From a virus (lineage: Duplodnaviria; Heunggongvirae; Uroviricota; Caudoviricetes; Thumleimavirales; Hafunaviridae), in IMG/VR virus record IMGVR_UViG_2595698614_000001, positions 12,135 to 76,134 of that record: a stretch of DNA of 64,000 nt, one strand, 5' to 3'. This document shows positions 56,737 to 64,000 of the stretch, piece after piece (within the stretch, counting starts at the first letter, position 1; each line of letters opens with the position of its first letter). Under the pieces are notes generated by a model. It was not told where the DNA came from, did no database searches, and was given only the letters and a program-made list of their open reading frames with translations. The translations under genes were made by a program, and so were the position numbers.

Positions 56737-57006
56737 TCACACATTGATGGTCAGCTCCAGAATCTCGCTCGTTCGGAACGGCTTGCTCCGGTCTTGTCCC
56801 TGAACCGTGGACTCGATAACGACCTCCGCGACCTTCTCGTGGGGATAGTCCTTAGCGAACACCCCGGAGTCTTCAAGCCTCGATGCGACTTCCCGCCGAG
56901 TTTCCAGCGGGAGCTTGTTCGGCTTGAGGTGGAACATATGTCCACCGCGAGAGTCGTTCTTCGGTCGGGCTATCACGTCGTGGGTCTTGGTATGGGTGAC
57001 ACTCAT
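56737..57006 (-). CDS. hypothetical protein
   Basis: 89 aa from MSVTHTK; ATGA-coupled to the upstream gene. Confidence 0.3.
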   Translation of the reverse strand: MSVTHTKTHDVIARPKNDSRGGHMFHLKPNKLPLETRREVASRLEDSGVFAKDYPHEKVAEVVIESTVQGQDRSKPFRTSEILELTINV

Positions 57007-57368
57007 CGGTTCTTGGGGTGGAAGATGTGGTTCTCCGGGTACTCTCTCTGAGGCGACCAGCCGAAGGACTTGAGCCACACACTCAGGCATCCCTCGCAGA
57101 GATATACCGTCATATAGCCGCCGTTGATACCTCCGGTGTAATCGCTCAGCACACCCTTCTCCCGACCTCCCCGACCACACTCCGGGCAGTAGTCGTCGTG
57201 ATGGTATCCCTCGAAGTGAATCCCGGTCGGCATCGACCGGAACGGGTTGTCGTCCGAAGCGTGGGGCGACTCGAACACCTCGGTATCCACTCCCCACGTT
57301 TCCACGAGGGCTTCTCTCCGCTCGATTCCGATTAACTCCTCTCCGTCTTCGCTGGTGTTAACACTCAT
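57003..57368 (-). CDS. Cys/His-rich hypothetical protein
   Basis: 121 aa with CPECGRGG...CEGC. Confidence 0.35.
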   Translation of the reverse strand: MSVNTSEDGEELIGIERREALVETWGVDTEVFESPHASDDNPFRSMPTGIHFEGYHHDDYCPECGRGGREKGVLSDYTGGINGGYMTVYLCEGCLSVWLKSFGWSPQREYPENHIFHPKNR

Positions 57369-57386
57369 TATTATGTCTCTGAGTCT

Positions 57387-58055
57387 TTATACCGAACCGA
57401 CTACCGTAATCTCCTCACTCTCGATAGCGGCGTCCAACTCCATCGAGTCGTCCCAAACCTTTCCGCAATCCTCACAGAACGCTTCTGCTCCGTAGGTTCC
57501 TCGGTCGGTCACTACGTGGTCGTGGTCACAGACCTCGTTCTGGTAGTGGAATTTCTCCTCACGGAGTTCGTCGATGCGCTCCTCGACGGCCCAATGAAGG
57601 GCATTTCGGATGGAAGTCTCGATTTCGGCCTCGTTGACGCCGTTCTCGTAGGCATCCTTAATCTCTCCCGGCGTTGCCTCGACGGTGAACTCGACAGTCA
57701 CCGTTCCCCACTTCTCTCCGGTGTATTCCTCACATCGGAGCTTCGAGCCGCCACGAGAACCGTGCTTCATCTCCCACTTCCCTCGGGAGTAGGGGACGAC
57801 CTGCCAATCCGGGGAGCAGGCATACTTCGCCATCCCCTCGATGTGGCCCTTGTGGTCATACGTTTTCAGGGTGACGTGGGGGAGCTTCACCCGGAGATGT
57901 TTCATATCCCTCGGGTACAGCTCGAACCATCGTCCCATCCAGCGGGCCTTCCGAATCCGCTTCCACGCTTCCTCATCGTTGGCGTGGAATCGGTAGTGGT
58001 AGTCCCGACCGTCCGGGTTCCCCATCCAGTCCTCGGGGTAGTCTCTCCACGTCAT
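57387..58055 (-). CDS. hypothetical protein
   Basis: 222-aa ORF with several His/Cys pairs (CDHDH, CEDCG). Confidence 0.4.
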   Translation of the reverse strand: MTWRDYPEDWMGNPDGRDYHYRFHANDEEAWKRIRKARWMGRWFELYPRDMKHLRVKLPHVTLKTYDHKGHIEGMAKYACSPDWQVVPYSRGKWEMKHGSRGGSKLRCEEYTGEKWGTVTVEFTVEATPGEIKDAYENGVNEAEIETSIRNALHWAVEERIDELREEKFHYQNEVCDHDHVVTDRGTYGAEAFCEDCGKVWDDSMELDAAIESEEITVVGSV

Positions 58056-58173
58056 TACTCGTCGTCCTCCGGTAACAGGTCGCCGTACTTCGTCTTGCTA
58101 CGCTTGCTTCGCCGCTCGGCTTTCTCGATGTTGTCCAGCTCGTCGTCGGTTAGGGTTTCTTCGAGTATCGTCA

Positions 58174-58422
58174 TTAGGCTTCAACCTCCTCGATGGGGAG
58201 AACCAGCGGTTCGTCGTCGGTGTCTATCGGGTCTTCCGACCAGAAGAACACACCAAACGTTTCCTCGTCGTACTGATGGAGGTCGTAGGCTTCGGTGTAG
58301 TTCTCATCATCATCGAAAGCCTCGTTGAACGCCACGACCGCCTCCTCCTCAGTCTCCGCAGTAACGGTGATTTCGTAGCGGTTCTCCTGTTCGGGGTGGT
58401 CAGTTAGTCCAAGTATTCCCAT
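58174..58422 (-). CDS. hypothetical acidic protein
   Basis: 82-aa ORF. Confidence 0.3.
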   Translation of the reverse strand: MGILGLTDHPEQENRYEITVTAETEEEAVVAFNEAFDDDENYTEAYDLHQYDEETFGVFFWSEDPIDTDDEPLVLPIEEVEA

Positions 58423-58532
58423 CTCTCACTCCACGATGTAGTGGCCGTTCGGCGTCTCGTAGACCGTGCCGGGCTTCACGTAGTCGTCGTCCTCTGCCAT
58501 TACCTCGCTCACCGCGATTTCGAGAATGTCCA

Positions 58533-58808
58533 TTAGTATCCTGCTTCGTAGACCGCTTCCGCTTGCTCGAAGTCCGATTCCTTCGCGTCGGTGAATACCT
58601 CGATTTCCACTACGGCTCGGGGATAACCCTCGGTATCCACGATGAAGTTCTCGTAGAGAATCCATCGCTCACCGAGTCCGAGGTCTTCCTCCAGAAGCTC
58701 CGTCGCCGCGAAGATAGCATCGAGGTCGTCGTCTTCGTCCACCGCATATTCAGCGGCGAACACATCCAGACTCTCTTTGAGAGAGCTGATTACTTTCTCG
58801 TGATTCAT
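58533..58808 (-). CDS. hypothetical acidic protein
   Basis: 91-aa ORF; preferred over the overlapping alternate-frame ORF 58426-58665 because it is translationally coupled to the upstream 47-aa ORF (58808-58951). Confidence 0.3.
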   Translation of the reverse strand: MNHEKVISSLKESLDVFAAEYAVDEDDDLDAIFAATELLEEDLGLGERWILYENFIVDTEGYPRAVVEIEVFTDAKESDFEQAEAVYEAGY

Positions 58809-59326
58809 CCCTTGATGATTTGGAGTCCCCGATTAGCTTCGAGGACGTGTTCCGCCGCTTCCTTCGAGGGGAACGACTCGATAATCTCGAATCGGGCTTC
58901 CTCGTTCTCTACAACCGGCTCTGTTGGGTCGATTAGGTGGTATCTCATACTGCTACCAGCTCAGGTTTTGCTCGGTGTTCCGGTTCCGACGTTGGAGCCA
59001 TCGAGACTGTCGGGCCGGATGGTTCGACCGTCACCGCCACGGCTCCCGCCGCTGGTGGGTCGTCGTCGTCGCCTCCGTCCCTCGGTCGAATCTTCAGGAG
59101 AGGATTCGCGTTGCTTTCGTCGTCGCTTCCACTCTCGGTATCGCTCTCGTCGGATTGTTTGGGCAAGTATGTCACCGCTCAAAGGTGAGCAACCTTCTCC
59201 ATCGGGTCGTTGAAGCCGTCCAGTTCGTCCATATCGAAGCCGGGAGTGTCCCGGTCGTCGTAGCTTGCCGCTTCGTTCATCTCCGGGTCGTGGAAGTCGG
59301 GGTAGTAGTTGTCGTACATCGTTGGA

Positions 59327-59620
59327 TTACAGCACGTTCAGAGCATCTTCCAGCTCCTTGTCGAACAGCGCCACAAGTTGCTCAATCGCCTGTCCCTCTC
59401 GGTCGATTGCGTTGAACGGGAAGCCATCTACATCGTAAACGATGTAGTGAGCCTCAGTCGGCTCAATCGCAATCGAACCCCACTCGATTTGGTCGTCGTA
59501 GAACTTCGCTACCGAAGCCTGCCGGAGTCGGTGGAGGTAGTCCCCGACCTTCTTTTCGAGGTCGGCTTCGCTTAGGTCGATACGTCGGTCTGTCGTTGGT
59601 GTCTTTTCTGCTACTGCCAT
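59327..59620 (-). CDS. hypothetical protein
   Basis: approx 97 aa from MAVAEKTPTT. Confidence 0.3.
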   Translation of the reverse strand: MAVAEKTPTTDRRIDLSEADLEKKVGDYLHRLRQASVAKFYDDQIEWGSIAIEPTEAHYIVYDVDGFPFNAIDREGQAIEQLVALFDKELEDALNVL

Positions 59621-59720
59621 CGGTGTCACCCGGTAGCTCGTGCTACCAGAAGCTCCGCTACGGAGTCGAACCGTAGTTACCGCCACTCGGAGCAAGAGTT
59701 GAAGTTGCTTGTCTGAGTCT

Positions 59721-60080
59721 TTATACCGGAGAGAGTGCGATTTTCCTCCCGTTCCTCACGTCGTTATCGAGGTGAACGTGGTTGTGCTGAGTCTCGTGCT
59801 TCTTTCCATCCTCTCGAAGCTCCACGTAGTCGGCGTCGGTTACTGTCCCGGTGTCGTACTCCATCGTGAAGGCTTCTCGCTCTCGAATCCACGAGAGTCC
59901 AGCTCCCGTATCCCACAGGTAGAACAGTCCATCCTCAATTCGGTCGTCGGGAGCGTCGGGGTCTTCGCTTAGGTGAAGTGCCGTCTCACCTACCCCGTCG
60001 ATGAGTTTAACCTCCCATTCTCCGTAAGCGTTCTTCCACGTTCGGTACACCTCATAGTCCGGTATCTCGTTGTATTCCAT
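59721..60080 (-). CDS. hypothetical protein
   Basis: 119-aa ORF. Confidence 0.35.
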   Translation of the reverse strand: MEYNEIPDYEVYRTWKNAYGEWEVKLIDGVGETALHLSEDPDAPDDRIEDGLFYLWDTGAGLSWIREREAFTMEYDTGTVTDADYVELREDGKKHETQHNHVHLDNDVRNGRKIALSPV

Positions 60081-60399
60081 CGTTAGAACCTCGTGTATCC
60101 TCTACGGTAGTCAGCTCGCTTTGCTCGTTCGAGGTCGCAGTACCAACAGTCACAGCTCGGCTTGAAGGAGTGCGGTCGCTTCATAGGCAGTCAGAGTAAC
60201 CGCAAGCTTCGCATCCGAAGGCTCCGAACGAGGCTCCTCCGACGTGTGTTGGCTCATCCTCCCAATACGCTTCCTCACCGGCTTCGCAGTCGTCGTTGAA
60301 GTGGCACATTTGACTTTAGTGGTTACTCACATCGAGTCGTTGTCCCCCGAGAAGTTCCTCACTCTAAGAGACAACGTTGCGGTATTAAGTCTTTGCTGT

Positions 60400-60759
60400 T
60401 TACATCCAAGCTCCGGTATAGGCCGCTCCGCGACCTTCCCGAATCTTTTGCTGGCGTTCCCTCCGGCGCTTTTCCTGTTGCTGGAGGCTCTTGAGCTTCT
60501 TACCCGTCCCTCGATAGGTCGTCACTATCGACTCGTCCTTCGGGTCTATGACCACCGTGATGAGCTGGCCGCTCCATCGAGTCTCTAAGAGAATCCGTCC
60601 TTTGCGACCGAGGTGTGCCTCACCGTTCTCGATAGCTTGGTCTATCGCTTCCATCGCAATCCGTCGCTCGCGCCGCCGGTTCCCTCCGTGGGAAAGTGGG
60701 TCGTATTCGTAGTCCTTTGCGTCTCGGCTGAAGGTTGGTGTCTCGTTCATAGTTGTCAC
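60400..60759 (-). CDS. hypothetical basic protein
   Basis: 119 aa, Arg/Lys-rich C-terminal half. Confidence 0.35.
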   Translation of the reverse strand: MTTMNETPTFSRDAKDYEYDPLSHGGNRRRERRIAMEAIDQAIENGEAHLGRKGRILLETRWSGQLITVVIDPKDESIVTTYRGTGKKLKSLQQQEKRRRERQQKIREGRGAAYTGAWM

Positions 60760-61094
60760 TCGCTGTCGTGGTAGCTGGAGTAGCGCCGCCGGTACTTCTC
60801 GGCTTTCTTGCGCTTCTCGATTTCCTCGTCAGTAAGGCCGGAGCCTTCGTATTCCTCCGGCTCTCTCGTTGGCTCGTGATGGGGATGAATCTCACTTGGG
60901 TCGGGAGTCCATCCCATATACTCGGCCAACTCCTCTCCTTTCAGGAGCTTACCCTCTCGCTTTTCCTCAACTACCGCTCCGAAGGCTCGATGCCTCTGGT
61001 CGATTTTGAGGTCAGCTCGGTGGCTCCATTGGTTTTGCTTCTCGCTGTCGGACTGTGTTACAGTCCCGAGTCTTGGCGAAAACATCGGTGTCAC
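60756..61094 (-). CDS. hypothetical protein
   Basis: 112-aa ORF; ATGA overlap with the downstream gene. Confidence 0.35.
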   Translation of the reverse strand: MTPMFSPRLGTVTQSDSEKQNQWSHRADLKIDQRHRAFGAVVEEKREGKLLKGEELAEYMGWTPDPSEIHPHHEPTREPEEYEGSGLTDEEIEKRKKAEKYRRRYSSYHDSE

Positions 61095-61187
61095 TCTCGA
61101 TAGCTTACGCTATCGAAGGCCCTTCCGGGGAGTCGAACCCCGGTGTCGCCACTAAGGATTAAAGATGTATCTTTGAGTCTTTGCGCC

Positions 61188-62087
61188 TTACTCGGAGTTT
61201 TCGAGCAACTGCTGGAGAAGGGCGTCCTTCTCGCGCTGGCTCATCTCACTCACGTCGGGAACCTCCGGCTCGGGAAGCTCGACGTGTTCCTCGTAGTCTT
61301 CCCAGTCCAGACTAATCTGGTTCTCCACGATGTGCTGGAGCAGAGCCTTCCCGTACTTGTTCCCGATACCCTTCACTTCCGTAGGGTCGAACAGTTCGCC
61401 GGGAAGCCCAAGACCTTCCTCGGTGTCACTACCGCTATCGCTACCGCCGTTGTTCTTTTCGCTCGATTCCGCCGTCTCATCGACTTCGACTTCTCCGAAG
61501 TAGTCACTCAGTAGGGTTTCAAGGCGGGCCTTTGCTTCCTCGTAGGTCGGAACAGCTCCGACCTCGAAGCCTTCCGTAGCCTCTTGGCGGCCCTTACTTG
61601 CCACTACCGGGACAATCGGTTCCCCGTCGCTGTTGATGGGAACCATCACGGTGTCACTTGCCTCGATGATTTCCTGCGAGAGCAGTAGCTCCCGCTGGAA
61701 CTCGTCGGCTTCCGCGAGAGGCTTCACACCGAATCCGCCGTTTTCCTCCTTTAAGGAGTCGTACTTACCAGTAAACTGGTTGTAGTCGTTGGCGGTGTAG
61801 TCGGTAGCCTTCCAGAAGGCCCGACCGATGGAGCCGTCGCTATCGTTAGCGTCAGTCGGCTCGATGATGTGAACCTCTCTCGGAGCTTCGCACCACTTAG
61901 CGATTTCACTCTCGCCGCCCTTCTTCACAGAATCCTCTCCGAACGCCTTACGCACTTCGTGGGCAAGGCTCATCACGGAGTGGTCGTCCTTCTGAAGAAG
62001 GTCGTAGAGGTCGCTAACGTGGTTAGCGCCGAGGGTAGTCACCGTGTTCTCAACGAAGTCGCCGTCGCTGTTGACTTTCACAGACAT
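61188..62087 (-). CDS. hypothetical protein with C-terminal helix-hairpin-helix-like motif
   Basis: approx 299 aa from MSVKVNSDG; FDPTEVKGIGNKYGKALLQHI resembles an HhH DNA-binding motif; first gene of the long leftward block. Confidence 0.4.
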   Translation of the reverse strand: MSVKVNSDGDFVENTVTTLGANHVSDLYDLLQKDDHSVMSLAHEVRKAFGEDSVKKGGESEIAKWCEAPREVHIIEPTDANDSDGSIGRAFWKATDYTANDYNQFTGKYDSLKEENGGFGVKPLAEADEFQRELLLSQEIIEASDTVMVPINSDGEPIVPVVASKGRQEATEGFEVGAVPTYEEAKARLETLLSDYFGEVEVDETAESSEKNNGGSDSGSDTEEGLGLPGELFDPTEVKGIGNKYGKALLQHIVENQISLDWEDYEEHVELPEPEVPDVSEMSQREKDALLQQLLENSE

Positions 62088-62174
62088 AGTTCGTTGGGTG
62101 TCACTTAGTGCTACTTTCCGAGGGGGAAGCACCAAACCCCCCATTCCGACAGATAGGAGAGAGATAACTCTCAC

Positions 62175-64000
62175 TCACTACTGTCGTGGTTTGCTTAGCG
62201 AGGGTCTTAGACCCTCAAAGCATCAATCCTCGTCAATTCGAGGTAGCTTACGCTGGAAACTTTCTGTCTATCCTTCCCCGTCCCTTACGGGACGGGCCGA
62301 ACATACTAACGAGCGTTTTAAACGTGACACTCATCCCTTAAAGCCGACTGCTATACGCACCGCTATGTGACAGATTCACTATGCGGAACTTCAAGCCTCA
62401 AAGAGTCTTTCGCGTTAATCGCTATGAGCTAAGCTCTTGACTACTATGTTCGTCGTCCTACGAACCTGTTTGTGGCATAGACTTTCGTACCATAGGCTAA
62501 GCACCTATTGTTTTAACCGCAATCGCAACCGAAAGTGGGTGGACTTCACATTTCCATAGCTGTCGCTAAGGACAGCCGGTTCGACAGTTTCGAGGTATTA
62601 ATCGCTCGATGTGTCTGTTTTCGTCACTCTTTGCCCTAAGGGTCGCTCTTTGTTCGGGCTATACTCCCCCTGTAACCTGATAATACACTCCGGGGCCGTC
62701 TCCCCGGTTTCGGGCCGTCACTACGAAACGGGCCGCTTTCGCGGGCCGGTTCCGTTCGGGCCGTACTTACGACGTAACGCCGGGAAACCCGTTCGGGGCC
62801 GGGCAGGGTTTTCACCTACGGTCGCAAACCGTAGTGTGCCTAACTACCCGGTGGGTTTCCTTTGTCGTTTCAGGGGCAGGGGCCGGTTTCACGGTTACAA
62901 ACCGTTTCGCCGGGCCGCCCCTACTTTCCCGTCCCGGCCCCGTGGGGCCGGTTCCGTCTCCCCGTACTAAGTACGGGCCTATGTGGTTTCGGGCCGTTTC
63001 GCACTATGTTCCGGTTTTAAACCCCGTCCGTGGGGATTAGCGGTTAATCCGCCGATATTCGTACTGATAGGGTACTAAGTCCCTTTCCCGGCTTTCACTC
63101 CGGGCTTTCCGGCCCCGTGGGGCCGTTTCACCGTGAAGGACGGGCCGCTTTCCGGCCCGCCCCCTACATTCCGTATGGGTCAATTCCGCCCCGGTTCCGT
63201 CTCTCCGGTCGGCCCGTAACAGGGGCCGAACCGGGGAGACACTACCCGGAGACGTACTTACCCGCCCCCGTCCGTTCGGGGGAGACGTAACGGTAATTCC
63301 GTCGTAAGGTGGCAGTTAGCTAACCAAAACCTCCAACCACGGACGCATATAGCAACGCCGTGGGAAACCGGGACTTAAGCCGGTTTTCCGGGGTTTCGGG
63401 GCCTTTTACGCCGGGGAGTGTATCCCCCGGCCCGTTTCAGGGGGCCGACCGCCCCGGTTAACATCAAACCGGGGCGGGCCGCCTTTCGCCGGGCGACATT
63501 CAACCAGAATACCCGGTTTCATATAAACCCGTCGATTCGGATTGGTATATAAAGGAAGGAAAACCCGGAAACGCCGAACGTGAAGGGTACAAGCCTCGAT
63601 GCGGTAAAACAGGGAAAACGGAAAACAGGCAGATATACCGGAATATGGGTAAGGGTAGGGGGCCGGGACGGGGAGAGACGGACGGAACCGGAGAGACGGG
63701 GAGAGACGGGGAGAGACGGGGCCGTACTTACCGAACGGGCCGGTTTCAGGGGGCCGGTGATACCGGATAACGGCCCGTATGGACGGACGGGGAGAGACGG
63801 CCCGCGCGGGACGAGAGACGGGACGGGCAGGGACGGGCAGGGGCAGGGGGCCGGGACGGAACCAGCTACGAACAGGCAGGCACGCCGCCCGCGCGTAGGG
63901 CGGTCAGCAACGTAGAATCACGAGGGTACAAGCCCGAGCGAGGGGGGCGAGGGGCGGGGCGGTTAGAACATTGAGTGTCTTTCCGCAGGCGTACTTTAGT
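62175..64000. repeat. approx 1.8-kb non-coding region: AT-richer 62.2-62.65 kb segment followed by GC-rich dispersed GGGCCG(N)TTTC-type repeats and an 11-bp tandem repeat (GGAGAGACGGG x3-4 near 63690-63722)
   Basis: only short GC-biased ORFs; repeated motifs CCGGTTCCGTCTC(T/C)CCG (62950, 63193), GTACTTAC (62763, 63253, 63723), GGGTACAAGCC (63586, 63923), GGTTTCAGGGGGCCG (63433, 63739). Confidence 0.5.

Noticed and set aside
58426-58665. 79-aa ORF overlapping the 58533-58808 ORF in another frame
   Set aside because: Only its C-terminal 35 aa (from MDILEIAV) is compatible with the neighbouring coupled genes; the N-terminal part is Arg/Gly-rich alternate-frame sequence
63668-63722. Possible CRISPR array in the terminal repeat region
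   Set aside because: The repeats are 11-bp head-to-tail tandems without spacers, and the other repeats are irregularly spaced; no cas genes nearby apart from a stand-alone Cas4-like nuclease typical of viruses

Overview
The window appears to be almost entirely the genome of a haloarchaeal tailed virus or provirus. The DNA is high-GC and the predicted proteins are strongly acidic (D/E-rich), which fits a halophile-type proteome. The far 3' end is a repeat-dense non-coding region. The main blocks are:

- 1-14.9 kb, + strand: a contractile-tail morphogenesis module in P2-like order. It runs sheath, tube, a G/GT-type chaperone pair with an apparent +1 programmed frameshift, tape measure, U/D/V/PAAR/W/J/I baseplate, then two fibre genes. 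One fibre is full of poly-Gly simple-sequence tracts. The head, portal and terminase genes must lie outside the window.
- 16.2-18.6 kb, + strand: a class II ribonucleotide reductase.
- 18.6-24.1 kb, - strand: a three-gene island led by a 1297-aa single-chain PD-ExK nuclease / N6-adenine methyltransferase that resembles a Type IIG restriction-modification enzyme.
- 24.3-26.5 kb: a tyrosine integrase preceded by the 3' half of a tRNA-Thr(GGU) gene flanked by inverted repeats (putative attP), and a divergent wHTH regulator.
- 26.5-62.2 kb, almost all - strand: a replication and nucleotide-metabolism block. It contains RtcB RNA ligase, dCTP deaminase, ThyX, family-B DNA polymerase, Cas4-like nuclease, an HTH-metallophosphoesterase, an AEP primase-polymerase, a P-loop replication protein and an XPD/Rad3-like Fe-S helicase. 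It also carries an ERCC4-type nuclease, an SPFH/prohibitin-like protein, a free-standing LAGLIDADG homing endonuclease, a C2H2-like zinc-finger protein, tRNA-Asn(GUU) and tRNA-Arg(UCU), and many tiny Cys-rich or zinc-ribbon ORFs.
- 62.2-64.0 kb: about 1.8 kb with no plausible coding capacity, packed with GGGCCG-type dispersed repeats and an 11-bp tandem repeat.

Two families of conserved intergenic elements recur at transcription-unit boundaries. The first is a roughly 55-bp composite made of a CCTCACTCTAATAGACG box plus the imperfect palindrome GACTTAAAGA-N6-TCTTTGAGTC. The second is an ACCTCGATG-GTGAATC-CTCT box. Both are likely virus-specific promoter or regulator sites.

Functional calls rest on motifs visible in the translations and on gene order. 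No homology searches were run.
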